A stretch of 64,000 nt of DNA. Source: an uncultured Planctomycetaceae bacterium. Lineage in GTDB: Bacteria > Planctomycetota > Planctomycetia > Planctomycetales > Planctomycetaceae. Under the pieces are notes generated by a model. That model was not told the origin of the DNA and made no database searches. It saw only the letters and a list, made by a program, of their open reading frames with translations. Both the position numbers and the translations under genes were made by a program. The DNA lies in assembly GCA_963815195.1 (NCBI GenBank), contig CAWFGE010000012.1, positions 416,001-480,000 of the forward strand. The letters are read 5' to 3'. How positions within the stretch are numbered: the stretch's first letter is position 1; each line of letters begins with the position of its first letter. Below are positions 18,550 through 28,926 of this stretch, piece by piece.

Positions 18550-20082
18550 TCACGCAAAGACCCGGCGGCCGAAGCGTTCGACGAGGGCTTGAACGCAGTT
18601 TCCACTGAGATGGTTCATTCGCAAATCCAAAAATTCCAAAGAATCGAGAAAATCGCTCGCCGCAATCGCCTGGGCGCCGCGCTCGCCCACCTGGGTTCCC
18701 GCGAGATCCACGATTCGCAGGCCGGACGCGGCGGGGGATTCCGCGAGCGCAATGGCGGTCTGGTCGCCGACCCCGGTCCCGGCGAGATCCAGCACCTCGA
18801 GTCGCGGGAAATCGCCTTCCGCGAGCGCTGCGCCGCTTCGGTCGGAGATCTCGGCGTTGCCCCGCAAATGGATCGCTTCCAGGTTTTCTCCAAATCGCGT
18901 TCCCGCCAATTCCAGCACCCCGGCTTCACCGATGCGGTTGTGCTCCAAATGGATCGCTTGAAAGGAACTTAAGGCCGGCGATTTGGCGAGGGCCGTCAGG
19001 CCCGCATCGCCAATGACGTTCCGCTGAAGCTCCACCCGCCGCCGTTTCGCCGACGGCTCGGCGTCGGTCAACCGCATCAGCCCGCGGTCAGTGATCTCGT
19101 TGTTCCACAGATTCAACGAGGCCAACTGCGGCCAGAGCCGGGTTTTGATCAAGGCCTCGATCCCGGCATCGCCGACGCCGCAGGCTTTGAGGCCGAGGTG
19201 CGCGAGTGCCGGAAACTTCTCCAAGCCGACGAGGGCGATCATATTGCTTTGGCTGCCCAGTCGATTGCCCGCGAGATCGAGCGTGTCCAGGTTTTGGAGG
19301 TGGTCGGAATATGTCAAAATCAGGACGTGGTTGATGCTCAAACGGTTGGACCTTAACACCAGCCTCCGCAGGTCCTCGACGCAGCGGGCCGTCGCGAGGG
19401 ATTGAAACGTATCCAGGCCCAGCCGGATCCCCGTGGGCAGAATATTGTTGCGGGACAAATCGAGCGTCCGCAGCGTCAAGTTGCCGCAGGCCAGGACGCC
19501 GCGGAGTTCCTCGTTGCCGAACGACGCGTCCGACAGATCGAGCGTTCGCAGATTCGCGAGATACGGCGAACGCAAGAACCGCTGGATCGCCGTCGCCTGG
19601 TCGTAAACCATGCCGCGTCCCCGGCCAAAGTCGGCGGAGAACCGCAACTCGGCGATGCCTTGCAAAGCGGGGCAATCGGCGAGCGGCTCCACCGAGGAGG
19701 CGTTCACGTTGCGCAGATTCAAGGAGCACAACAGTGGAAACGCCTGGTGGAAGAAATCGCCGCATTCGATGAACTCCCGGGCGCTGATGCTGAGTCCCTC
19801 CACAAACCCGCGGCGGAATTCCCACGCCGCGGTTTTCAACTTGCGGCCTTCGATCGGCCGGAGCCAATCGGTTTTGTAGTCCTCCAGCAATTCTCGTTCG
19901 CGCTGCCGGAGCCAGCGGTTTTTGAGCGCCGAAAGCCCCGGCTGCTCCAGTTCGCACTGGGCGCGGATAAACTCCCCGCGCGGGTCCCCCTGTTCATCGA
20001 GCCAGTCGGCGAAAATCAGGCGGGGGACCGGGTTGTCCAGGTCCGCGCGGATGATTTCCAAAAACTCGCGTTCGGTGGTCAT
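18550..20082 (-). CDS. TIGR02996-domain leucine-rich-repeat protein
   Basis: N-terminal FLEIIRADLDNPVPRLIFADWLDEQGDPRGEFIRAQCEL, FRRGFVE, then many LxxLDLxxNxIGDxG repeats. Confidence 0.9.
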   Translation of the reverse strand: MTTEREFLEIIRADLDNPVPRLIFADWLDEQGDPRGEFIRAQCELEQPGLSALKNRWLRQRERELLEDYKTDWLRPIEGRKLKTAAWEFRRGFVEGLSISAREFIECGDFFHQAFPLLCSLNLRNVNASSVEPLADCPALQGIAELRFSADFGRGRGMVYDQATAIQRFLRSPYLANLRTLDLSDASFGNEELRGVLACGNLTLRTLDLSRNNILPTGIRLGLDTFQSLATARCVEDLRRLVLRSNRLSINHVLILTYSDHLQNLDTLDLAGNRLGSQSNMIALVGLEKFPALAHLGLKACGVGDAGIEALIKTRLWPQLASLNLWNNEITDRGLMRLTDAEPSAKRRRVELQRNVIGDAGLTALAKSPALSSFQAIHLEHNRIGEAGVLELAGTRFGENLEAIHLRGNAEISDRSGAALAEGDFPRLEVLDLAGTGVGDQTAIALAESPAASGLRIVDLAGTQVGERGAQAIAASDFLDSLEFLDLRMNHLSGNCVQALVERFGRRVFA

Positions 20083-20230
20083 GTTGAATGCTTCATGGCG
20101 AGCGTGGGGCGCCGGCCCCATGATTTCATCAACAACCAGGCTTGAGATTGCCGGTTTTGCACTGTAACTTCGCGTTTCCAACGGACATTCACGTTCCCCC
20201 GTTTTACGCTGAATCCATCCTCCCCGCCAG

Positions 20231-21016
20231 ATGACTCCCGATCTTGTTGCTCAAATTCTGTTGGCGTTGTATGGGCTCGTGCCCGTGGCGGTCATGGTGC
20301 GAACGGCCCTTGCCTGCCCGGCGGGGCCGACGGTTTGGCTCTTGAATGTCGTCAACCGCTTGTACCTGGGGATCTTTTATCGCTGCCGCAGCCGGCCCTG
20401 CCCGGTTCCCGGGACAGGGCCGGCCTTGATTCTCGGAAACCACCGCAGCCCGGTCGATCCGTTGTATCTGTGGTTCGCCTGCTCCTCGGGCAACGCGGGG
20501 GCGCCGCTGCGTCCCATCGGGTTTATGATGGCCAAGGAATATTACGACCTGCCGGTGTTCAATTTCTTCTTCCGGGCCCTGCGTTCGATTCCCGTCGAGC
20601 GAAAAGGGGCCGATATGGGACCGGCCCGCGAAGCTCTCCAGCATTTGAAGAACGGCGAACTCGTCGGCCTGTTTCCCGAAGGCCGGATCAACCGCGGCCG
20701 CGATCTTTTGCCCGCGAACCCCGGCATCGCCTGGCTCGCCCTCCGCGCACAGGTCCCCGTGTATCCCGCCTTCATCCACAACGCCCCGCAAGGCGAGAGC
20801 ATCACCGAGCCATTCTACACCCCGACCCGCGTGTGGGTCGAATTCGGCGAGCCGATCGATCTGTCGCCCTATTACCAGGAACGCAAAACGCAGGAACTCC
20901 TCGACCAGGTCACGCATCTGTTGATGACCCGCCTCGCCGAGTTGGGGGGCGTCGAATATCCGTATGAAGTCGAAGAGGATAGCGGCGCGTCCCAAAACCG
21001 CGCGTCCTCCGCGTAA
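20231..21016 (+). CDS. plsC: Lysophospholipid acyltransferase (PlsC-like)
   Basis: NHRSPVD (HX4D), FMMAKE, FPEG, PVYPAFI motifs; N-terminal TM. Confidence 0.88.
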   Translation: MTPDLVAQILLALYGLVPVAVMVRTALACPAGPTVWLLNVVNRLYLGIFYRCRSRPCPVPGTGPALILGNHRSPVDPLYLWFACSSGNAGAPLRPIGFMMAKEYYDLPVFNFFFRALRSIPVERKGADMGPAREALQHLKNGELVGLFPEGRINRGRDLLPANPGIAWLALRAQVPVYPAFIHNAPQGESITEPFYTPTRVWVEFGEPIDLSPYYQERKTQELLDQVTHLLMTRLAELGGVEYPYEVEEDSGASQNRASSA

Positions 21017-21058
21017 GACGCGTTTCCAAGATCCAAACCCTGCGCGTCGGGCGTGTAA

Positions 21059-21134
21059 CCAGAGCCGCGCACGAAGTAAGCGGTTTTTCTAGATTGACAG
21101 ATCGCAATACCGCTTACTTCGTGCGCGGCTCTGG
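21059..21134 (+). repeat. REPIN-like palindrome family A, copy 1
   Basis: 26-bp perfect arms CCAGAGCCGCGCACGAAGTAAGCGGT around a 24-nt loop; copies at 62336 and 63663. Confidence 0.9.
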
Positions 21135-21155
21135 GGTTTTTTGGAACGACTGACA

Positions 21156-21210
21156 TTCGGATTTGGGGTTTTGGATTTGTTTCGGATTTCGAATTTCGTG
21201 CTTCGAATTT
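21156..21210. repeat. 7-mer tandem microrepeat (TTCGGAT/TTCGAAT)
   Basis: ttcggat-ttggggt-tttggat-ttgt-ttcggat-ttcgaat-ttcgtgc-ttcgaat. Confidence 0.6.
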
Positions 21211-21251
21211 GCACCAGAAAACGCGCAAAATCGCGTACGCTGAATTAGCGC

Positions 21252-23544
21252 CTACCGCTCAGGTTTTTCCGAACTCATCCAACGGAGCAACAAGGGCAAC
21301 AGCAGCAAGTTGCCCGCGAGTCCGCCGAGCATCGCCACGCTCACGAGCACGCCGAAATACACGAGCGGAATAAAATGCGAAACCGTGAGCACGCTGAACC
21401 CCGCAATCAAGGCGATGTTGGCAAACACGAGGGCCCGCCCCACGTCGCCGTGGGTCTCGCGGAGGGCCTCATCCACATCCAACCCCCGCTCCCGCGCGCG
21501 GAGGAAGGCTGACAGATAATGCACGCTGGAATCGACCGTCAGGCCCATCGACACGCTGGCGATCATGGCGGTCGCGATGTTGATCGGCAACCCGATCCAG
21601 CCCATGCCTCCGATCACGAACACAATCGGAAACAAATTGGGAACGAGCGCGATCAACGCCAGCCGGACGCTCCGAAATGCGACGATCATCATCCCGCCGA
21701 TCCCGATCGCGGCCAGCGAGAAACTCAAGACCTGATCGCTTAACAGGCTTTGAATCAAATGGGCCAACAGCACGAACAATCCCGTCGCTTTCACCTCGGC
21801 ATGGGGGAAGTCCTTCGCCAACTCTTCGTCCGCCCAGGCCTGCGCGACCTGATCGACCTCGGCGATTAACTGAAGCTTCCGCTCGGCCTGTTGCCGCTCC
21901 CGCGCCCGGAGCACAATCCGCATACGCCCGGCGTCGGGGTTATATAAACTCGGAATGAACTCCGGCTGGAGTTGCCCGAGCACGTTCAGCCGCTTTTTCA
22001 AGGGGAATGGCGGCATTTTGGAAGTCGCATCGGTGATCGCGAGCACTTTCGTGAGTTCTCCCGTCCGGCCGTCCCGCACAAACCGATCGCGAAGCCGCTG
22101 CGCCAGGTCGGACACGCGGCCGAGGTATTCGTCGGTCAGTTCTTTCGGGGCGGGGAAATTGACTTCCCAACTTCCGGCCCCGGCGAAATGCTCCGGGCTT
22201 TCGAAGTATTCAAGCCCCTGGACGATCGGGCTGTCGTCGCGGAAGTTCTTGCTGAAATCTGTTTCGACTTGCAGCCGGGTGAACCCCGCCCCGGTGAACG
22301 CGACCACGCCGAAGAATATTCCAAACAGCCAAAGCGGATGGCGTTCGACGCCCTCGGTCACGCGCAGCAGCGCCTTGACGAGATGCTTTTCCGCCGGGGC
22401 GCCGCGGGGATCGGGAAACCACGAGCCGATCGACACCCCGCCCGGAAACAAAACCCCCGTCGCGGCAAGCACGAGGAGCGTCGCAAGGCTCATCATCAGC
22501 CCGAAGCTTTTGACGGGCGTCACATGGCTTACCAGAAGGGCCGCAAAACCCACAGCGGTCGTCGCGCAGGTCCAAAAGATCGCGGGCAAGAGCCGCGAGA
22601 CCGTCAATGTCACCGTGGCTTCGCGGTCGTGTGTCTGGCGAAGCTCCCGGTAATGCACGGCCAGATGCGTCACCGTGGCCACGCCGATGATCGTCACCAG
22701 CGAATTGAGCATGGAGCTGACCATGCTCAGCCGCATCCCGCTCAGCACCAACAGGGCTTCGGTCCAGGTGATGGTCGCGACGACGATCAAAATCGGCAAC
22801 AGCACCCAGCGCGGATTGCGAAATAGCACCACAAGCACGAGGCCCAAGAGCCCCAGCGAAAACAGAAACAGCGTCCGCCCGTCCTCTTCGACGTAGCGGA
22901 AGGTTTCCTCGACCTGAATCGGTTCGCCGACGACATAGGTCCGGTTGCCGTATTCCTCCGAGAAGTCCGCGGCCACCTCGCGAATCCGGCGGATCGTCTC
23001 TCCGCGGGGCACGCCGGCTTCGTCTTGGGGCTCCAACCGCACGACGACCGCCGTGGATCGATTGTCATTTCCCAACAGAATCCCGCGCCAAAAAATACAG
23101 CACATCGCGGGGGACTGAAATGGGAATGCCAAAAATCCGGACCTTCGCCTCGGTGTTGGTCGCCAGGTCTTGCGTGCTCTTTTTTTGGACGCCTTCGATC
23201 TCCGACAGCCGGTTCGCCAATACCTTGAGCCGCTGTTTGGCGGGGCGGGAAAGCGTTTCCGTCCCGGGCTCGAACAACTCCGGATCGGTATAGGCCACCA
23301 TCGCCAGCTCATCCCCGCCGAACAGGGACTTGCTTTCGAGGTATTCTTGCAGATAGGGATCGCCCTCTGCATACAGCGATTCGATCGACCTGTCGAACTC
23401 CAACCGCTGGGAAATCGGCCACGCCGCGGCGAATAGCACAAGCCCCAAGGGAAAAAACACAAGCCGCCGGACCACGAGAAAACTTCCCAGCCGGCCGGAG
23501 AATGTTGGAGAATTCGTCGAGCCTGGAGCGTTCTGTTCGGCCAT
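21252..23544 (-). CDS. MMPL/RND family transporter (frameshift at about 23090)
   Basis: Two MMPL halves (VVGEP..., TTAVGFAALL, ATGLFVL, GLTVDSSVHY, GRALVFANIALIAGFSVL); ORF starting MAEQNAP joins ORF 21252..23462 at RDVLYFL/RGILLG. Confidence 0.88.
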
Positions 23545-23728
23545 CAGGGAGGACTGTTGCGAAAGATTCCAAAAGGTTCCGGCGAAAATCCATTCCGTGT
23601 GACCATCTAAAATTGTCCCCCCGCCGTCAAGCGTGGACGAATCGCGGAGAGGATCGCGTCCCACGTTCGCGTGCTTTATCATGGACGGCGTTCTTTTGTT
23701 GCGGGATGGCTTTGAGGGGATGGGAACC

Positions 23729-25198
23729 ATGAGCGAACACGCCGCTGAACCAAGCGAGACGGCGGAATTGGAAATCTGCCTGAAGGTGCTCCGCCGGCTC
23801 GAGCGGGACCCCCAGACGTGTGCCGCGCCCGCGTCGCTGGCTCACGAAATCGGCAAGCAGGCGGCGCGGCTGATGCGGTCGCTCAAGGCCCAGGAAAAAG
23901 CCGAACGCCGAAAACGCGACCTGGACGTGGTCGAGTCCGCGGGCATTCGGCAGCGAAGACAACACCGCGCCGACTCCCCGCCGAAAGCCCTCCCGTTCGC
24001 CGAAGACGATTCGCACGAGCCGGCGGTGCGGGACATGGCGCTGAGTGCCGCCCGCAAGTGTTACATCTGCAAAGCGCCTTACCGCGAGGTGCACCGGTTT
24101 TATGACCTGATGTGCCCCGCGTGCGGGGACGCGAACTTCGCCCGGCGAAGCCAAACGGCAAACCTGTCGGGCTACACGTCCCTCGTTACGGGCGGGCGGA
24201 TCAAGATCGGATTTCAAATCGCCCTCAAACTCTTGCGGGCCGGCTCGAAAGTTCTGATCACCACGCGGTTTCCCAACGATGCCGCCCTGCGGTTTTCGCG
24301 GGAAGCGGACTTTCCCGACTGGCGGGACCGGCTGGAAATCTACGCGGCGGATTTTCGCTTTCTGCCGCTGGTCGAAGCCTTGGCCCGCGAGATTTCCGCG
24401 AACGTCGATCGGTTGGATGTTCTGATCAACAACGCGGCCCAGACCGTGCGGCGGCCGCCGGCGTTTTATCGGCATCTCCTGGAGACCGAAGCCCAAAGCC
24501 GGGCCGAACTCCCCAAGCTCGCCCAATCGCTGATTGCCGGCGACGCTCCGCAATCGACTCCCCAAGCAGCGGGGCTCGCGAAGTTCGAAGCGGGAGACCG
24601 CTTGTCCCCCGCGGCGATGTCTCAGCTCGCGGTGCTGCCGGGCGATGCGCTTTCCAATCCCGAGGAGTTTCCCCCTGGCCAATTCGACGGCGAAGGGCAG
24701 CAGGTCGATCAGCGTGCGTTCAACAGTTGGGTGCAGCGGCTGGTGGACGTTTCGCCGGGCGAACTGGTCGAGGTGCACGCCGTGAACTGCCTCGCCCCTT
24801 ACATTTTGATCGCCGGTCTGGAATCGCTGTTCGCGAAGCCGCCGGCACGGGATCGGTTCATCGTGAATGTCTCCGCGATGGAGGGGAAGTTTCACGCGAA
24901 GAAGACGGGCTTTCATCCGCACACCAACATGGCCAAAGCCGCGCTCAATATGCTCACCCGCACGGCGTCCGCCCGTTATGCCCGGCAGCGGATTTATATG
25001 AACAGCGTCGACACGGGCTGGATTACCAATGAGTTTCCGCTCCAGAAAACCCAACAGATGGCCGAGTCCGGCTTTCAGCCGCCGCTGGACGAAATCGACG
25101 GCGCCGCCCGCGTGTGCGCGCCGATTTTCGACGGCGTCCAGACCGGCGAACCCGCGTTCGGGAAGTTCTATAAAGACTACCGCGAAGTCTCCTGGTGA
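23729..25198 (+). CDS. SDR-family oxidoreductase with N-terminal Cys-rich (zinc-ribbon-like) extension
   Basis: CYICK...MCPAC; LVTGGRIKIG; LINNAAQT; VNVSAMEG; HPHTNMAKAALNM; MNSVDTGW. Confidence 0.88.
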   Translation: MSEHAAEPSETAELEICLKVLRRLERDPQTCAAPASLAHEIGKQAARLMRSLKAQEKAERRKRDLDVVESAGIRQRRQHRADSPPKALPFAEDDSHEPAVRDMALSAARKCYICKAPYREVHRFYDLMCPACGDANFARRSQTANLSGYTSLVTGGRIKIGFQIALKLLRAGSKVLITTRFPNDAALRFSREADFPDWRDRLEIYAADFRFLPLVEALAREISANVDRLDVLINNAAQTVRRPPAFYRHLLETEAQSRAELPKLAQSLIAGDAPQSTPQAAGLAKFEAGDRLSPAAMSQLAVLPGDALSNPEEFPPGQFDGEGQQVDQRAFNSWVQRLVDVSPGELVEVHAVNCLAPYILIAGLESLFAKPPARDRFIVNVSAMEGKFHAKKTGFHPHTNMAKAALNMLTRTASARYARQRIYMNSVDTGWITNEFPLQKTQQMAESGFQPPLDEIDGAARVCAPIFDGVQTGEPAFGKFYKDYREVSW

Positions 25199-25356
25199 GC
25201 GTTCTCCCGAGCGCGCAATCGAGGCAGCTTTGCCTTGGTTAGATGCAGTCTCTCCGCTTTGCCGCGGCGAAGCCCGCTGCCGGCGCGGCGGGAAATGTCT
25301 GTAAATCCCTAATTTCACAGGGATTTTCGGCACCTGCCGGGTTTTGTTGCATTATC

Positions 25357-25372
25357 GGGCATGCGAATTGCG
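25357..25372 (+). promoter_or_regulatory. Putative sigma-54 (-24/-12) promoter for amt
   Basis: GGGCATG-CGAA-TTGCG: GG-N10-GC spacing, about 200 nt upstream of amt. Confidence 0.45.
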
Positions 25373-25575
25373 TTCGCCCCGTTTGACATGGTTTTCCGGC
25401 GGTGTGCGGGGCTGTCTCGCAAAAATCCGTTCCGATTTGTCGCGCCCTGAAAACGGGTCTCGATCCGGCTGATTTCAAACCACCCCCTCTCTTCCGCGCT
25501 CGGGTTGCGCGCGGAGGGTTGGCGATATTTCTTCCGGCAACGACTTGATTCGTCCCGCACTATTTTTGAGAGGCT

Positions 25576-27003
25576 ATGAATTCGATGAAGTTTTCGCACG
25601 CGCTCGTTCCGATTGTCAGCGGCCTCGTATTGCTTGCCGTGTTTGCCAGCCCACTGACGGGCCGGGCGGACGAACCGGCTCCAGAAACCAAAACCGAAGC
25701 CGCGGAGAAATCCGCGCCCGAGACCTCACCCACGGATGTCCAGCCCGATCCGCCTTCACTCATCGATGTTTCCTATGCAATCAACAATCTGTTTTTGCTG
25801 CTTGCCGCCGTGTTGGTGTTGTTCATGCAGGCCGGGTTTGCGATGGTGGAAGCCGGCTTCAATGCCGCGAAGAATGCCGTCAACATTCTCTTCAAAAACC
25901 TGATCGACGTGAGCGTGGGCGTGCTGCTGTTCTGGTTGATCGGCTATGGTTTGATGTATCCCGGCGGCGATTATACGGGGAAATGGTTCGGCTGGTCCGG
26001 ACAGATCGGCGTGGGAGAAACCGTCACGCAGGAAGAAGTGGCCGACGGGTTTAAGCCCGAAGCCACGGCAAAGCTCAATCCCCAAGTGGACTTTCTGTTC
26101 CAAGTCGCGTTCGCGGCCACCGCGGCGACCATTGTCTCGGGCGCCGTGGCGGGCCGGATGCACTTTATCGGCTACTTGATTTATAGCGCGCTGATCACCG
26201 CTCTCATCTACCCCATCAGCGGGATGTGGAAGTGGGGCGGCGGCTGGCTGGCCGAGGCGGGGTTCCATGATTTCGCCGGTTCGCTCGTGGTGCATGCCTG
26301 CGGCGGGTTCGCCGCGTTGGCCGGTGCGGTTTTGCTGGGGCCGCGGATCGGGCGATTCGCCGAAGACGGCAAGTCCCAGCCTATGCCGGGACATAATCTG
26401 ACCATCGCCACGCTGGGCGTGTTCGTGCTGTGGATCGGCTGGTACGGGTTCAACCCCGGCAGCCAGCTCGCGTTTTCCGGGCAGGCCAACACCGATGCCA
26501 CCATGCTGATCGCGACCAATACCACTCTGGCCGCCGGTGCGGGTGCGGTCACGGCGATGATCCTCAGTTGGGTGCTGTTCTCCAAGCCGGACTTGTCGAT
26601 GGCCCTCAACGGCGTGCTCGCCGGCCTGGTGGGAATCACCGCCAACTGCGATTGCGTGTCGAATCCCGAAGCCATGCTGATCGGCGCGGTGGCGGGCCTG
26701 GTTGTGGTGGGCGGAATCGTCCTCTTGGACAAGCTCAAAATCGACGATCCCGTGGGGGCCTTCCCCGTCCATGGACTCTGCGGAGTCTGGGGCGGCATCG
26801 CGACCGGACTCTTCGGCACCGATAAAAGCCTCGGGGCCCAGGTTCTGGGGTCGGTCGCCATTCCCGTGTGGGCCTTTGGGACGATGTTCATCCTGTTCCT
26901 GATCCTGAAAGCCGCCGGCCTCCTGCGGGTGACCCCGGAAGAAGAAATCGAAGGCCTCGACATCTCCGAGCACGGCATGCACGCTTACGAGCCCGCGCAC
27001 TAA
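25576..27003 (+). CDS. amt: Ammonium transporter (Amt family) with signal peptide
   Basis: LVLFMQAGFAMVEAG, FQVAFAATAATIVSGAVA, HDFAGSLVVH, WIGWYGFNPGS, NGVLAGLVGITA, IDDPVGAFPVHG, GLDISEHG. Confidence 0.96.
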   Translation: MNSMKFSHALVPIVSGLVLLAVFASPLTGRADEPAPETKTEAAEKSAPETSPTDVQPDPPSLIDVSYAINNLFLLLAAVLVLFMQAGFAMVEAGFNAAKNAVNILFKNLIDVSVGVLLFWLIGYGLMYPGGDYTGKWFGWSGQIGVGETVTQEEVADGFKPEATAKLNPQVDFLFQVAFAATAATIVSGAVAGRMHFIGYLIYSALITALIYPISGMWKWGGGWLAEAGFHDFAGSLVVHACGGFAALAGAVLLGPRIGRFAEDGKSQPMPGHNLTIATLGVFVLWIGWYGFNPGSQLAFSGQANTDATMLIATNTTLAAGAGAVTAMILSWVLFSKPDLSMALNGVLAGLVGITANCDCVSNPEAMLIGAVAGLVVVGGIVLLDKLKIDDPVGAFPVHGLCGVWGGIATGLFGTDKSLGAQVLGSVAIPVWAFGTMFILFLILKAAGLLRVTPEEEIEGLDISEHGMHAYEPAH

Positions 27004-27060
27004 TCCTGTCTCTCTCCAGGTGCTGCTCAGGCAGGGAAGCTCAAAGTTGCAGCAACTTTC

Positions 27061-27099
27061 GGAACCGGCGGAAACGGATCCCCGCCGGTTCCGTTTTTT
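27061..27099 (+). terminator. Rho-independent terminator of amt
   Basis: GGAACCGGCGG-aaacggatc-CCGCCGGTTCC followed by GTTTTTT. Confidence 0.8.
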
Positions 27100-27499
27100 A
27101 GGTTCTTCCGCATAAGCAGGGGGTAACTACGACGGTGTTAAACAATATCTTCTGCATCTTCTGCGCGCTCTTTCACCTCCCCTCGCTCGGGGAGGTAAAA
27201 TCCATCGCCGACCCTTGGGGCATCATGAATTTGTGAACCATCATTGTGTGATCCATTGCGGTGACGGGGCGTTTTCCCGGCATCGTTGGAGCAACCGTCC
27301 GAGATTCGGGGTGTCAGTATTTGTCATAGGAGATTCCCTGAAGTTTTCCCCAGGGTGTGACAGCGCCAGAAGTTTGGCGCGGAAAATCGTTGGCGTGGAC
27401 GGCGGAAGTCCATATACTGCCCAGTTGACGGCGGTGTTCCGCACCGGGAACTCGCCGGCAGCACCACCCAACCCGCCCCTTCCGCGATTTGGTCCATTC

Positions 27500-28782
27500 A
27501 TGGGGAAAGACGTCGAAATCATCACGCCCGCGGCCGGTCCGATCCGCGGATCCATTCGGCCGCCGGGCTCCAAAAGCCTCACCAACCGCGCGCTGGCCAT
27601 TGCAGCGCTCGCGGAGGGACAAAGCCGGCTGGTGGGCGTGCTCGACAGCACCGACACACAGGTGATGATCGAAAGTCTGAATCGCCTGGGCATCGAAGTC
27701 AGGCACGACCGGGAAAACTGCATTGCCGAGGTCGAGGGCTGTGCCGGCGTCCCGCCCGCGAAGGTCGCCGACCTCTGGCTGGAAAACAGCGGCACGAGCA
27801 TTCGCTTCCTCACGGCCGTGTGCGCGTTGGGGCACGGGATCTTTCGCCTGGACGGCAATCCGCGGATGCGGCAGCGACCCGTGGCTCCGCTGGTCGATGC
27901 CTTGAACAGTCTCGGCTCCCACGCCGCCTGCGAGAAAGACACGGGCTGTCCTCCCGTGCTCGTCAAATCCCAGGGGCTCCAGGGAGGATCGGCGACCGTC
28001 CCGGGCGACATCTCCAGCCAGTTCTTAAGCGCCCTGTTGATCGCGTCCCCCGGAGCCAAACAGCCCGTGGAACTGCACATCGAGGGGGAACTCGTCTCCC
28101 GGCCGTATGTGGAAATGACGCTGGGCGTGATGGCCAAGTTCGACGTCACCGCCGAGCCGATCTCGCCGGACATCTATCGCATCGAGCCGCAGCGGTACCG
28201 CGGCACCGAATATCCCATCGAACCCGATGCGTCCGCGGCGAGCTATTTTTTCGCGGCGGCCGCGGTCACCGGCGGGGAAGTCACCGTCGAGGGTCTGCCC
28301 GAACACGCGCTTCAGGGCGATGTGCAATTTGTCGAGGCGCTCGCCCAGATGGGCTGCGACGTGAAATGCCGCTCCAACGCGATCACCGTCAAAGGTGGAC
28401 CGCTTAAGGGCATCAACATCGACATGAACGCCATCAGCGACACGGCCCAAACGCTGGCTTGCGTCGCCGTCTTCGCCGAGGGCCCCACGCGGATTTCGCG
28501 GATCGGGCACATCCGCCACAAGGAGACCGACCGCATCGCCGCCCTGGCCACGGAGTGCGGCGGCTCGGCCTCCAAGTGGACGATGAGCACGACGCCCTCA
28601 CCGTGCATCCCGGCCCCGTCTCGCCCGCCCGCATCGAAACCTACGACGACCACCGCATGGCCATGAGCTTCGCCCTCATCGGCCTCAAAGTCCCCGGCAT
28701 CGAAATCGCCGACCCCGGCTGCACCGCGAAAACCTATCCGCGGTTTTTCGAGGATCTCAATAAACTCGTTGGCCAATCGTAA
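27500..28782 (+). CDS. aroA: 3-phosphoshikimate 1-carboxyvinyltransferase (EPSP synthase); frameshift at about 28556
   Basis: [37 protein letters not shown], then in the next frame [10 protein letters not shown]...KTYPRFF; one missing C restores GAG CTG CGG CGG (ELRR). Confidence 0.95.
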
Positions 28783-28841
28783 AAGGCCTGAGGGACCACG
28801 AAAAATACGAAAATCAGCCGCGTCAAACCGGACATCTATTC

Positions 28842-28895
28842 GCCCGAAGCGCAAGCGAGGGAAATCGTTTGAAATCCCTCGCTTGCGCTTCGGGC
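28842..28895. repeat. REPIN-like palindrome family B
   Basis: 21-bp perfect arms GCCCGAAGCGCAAGCGAGGGA ... TCCCTCGCTTGCGCTTCGGGC between convergent aroA and DUF1080; single copy here. Confidence 0.75.
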
Positions 28896-28926
28896 TATTT
28901 GAGACAGAGTCGCCCGGCGGCTAATC

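Noticed and set aside
27135..27330. Possible small minus-strand gene ([18 protein letters not shown]...) between amt and aroA
   Set aside because: Stops after 28 codons; extending it needs unsupported frameshifts and gives no recognisable motif.
28540..28570. Programmed frameshifting or true pseudogene for aroA and the other split genes
   Set aside because: No consistent slippery heptamer or stimulator, shifts go in both directions, and the proteins are otherwise intact; sequencing error is more parsimonious.
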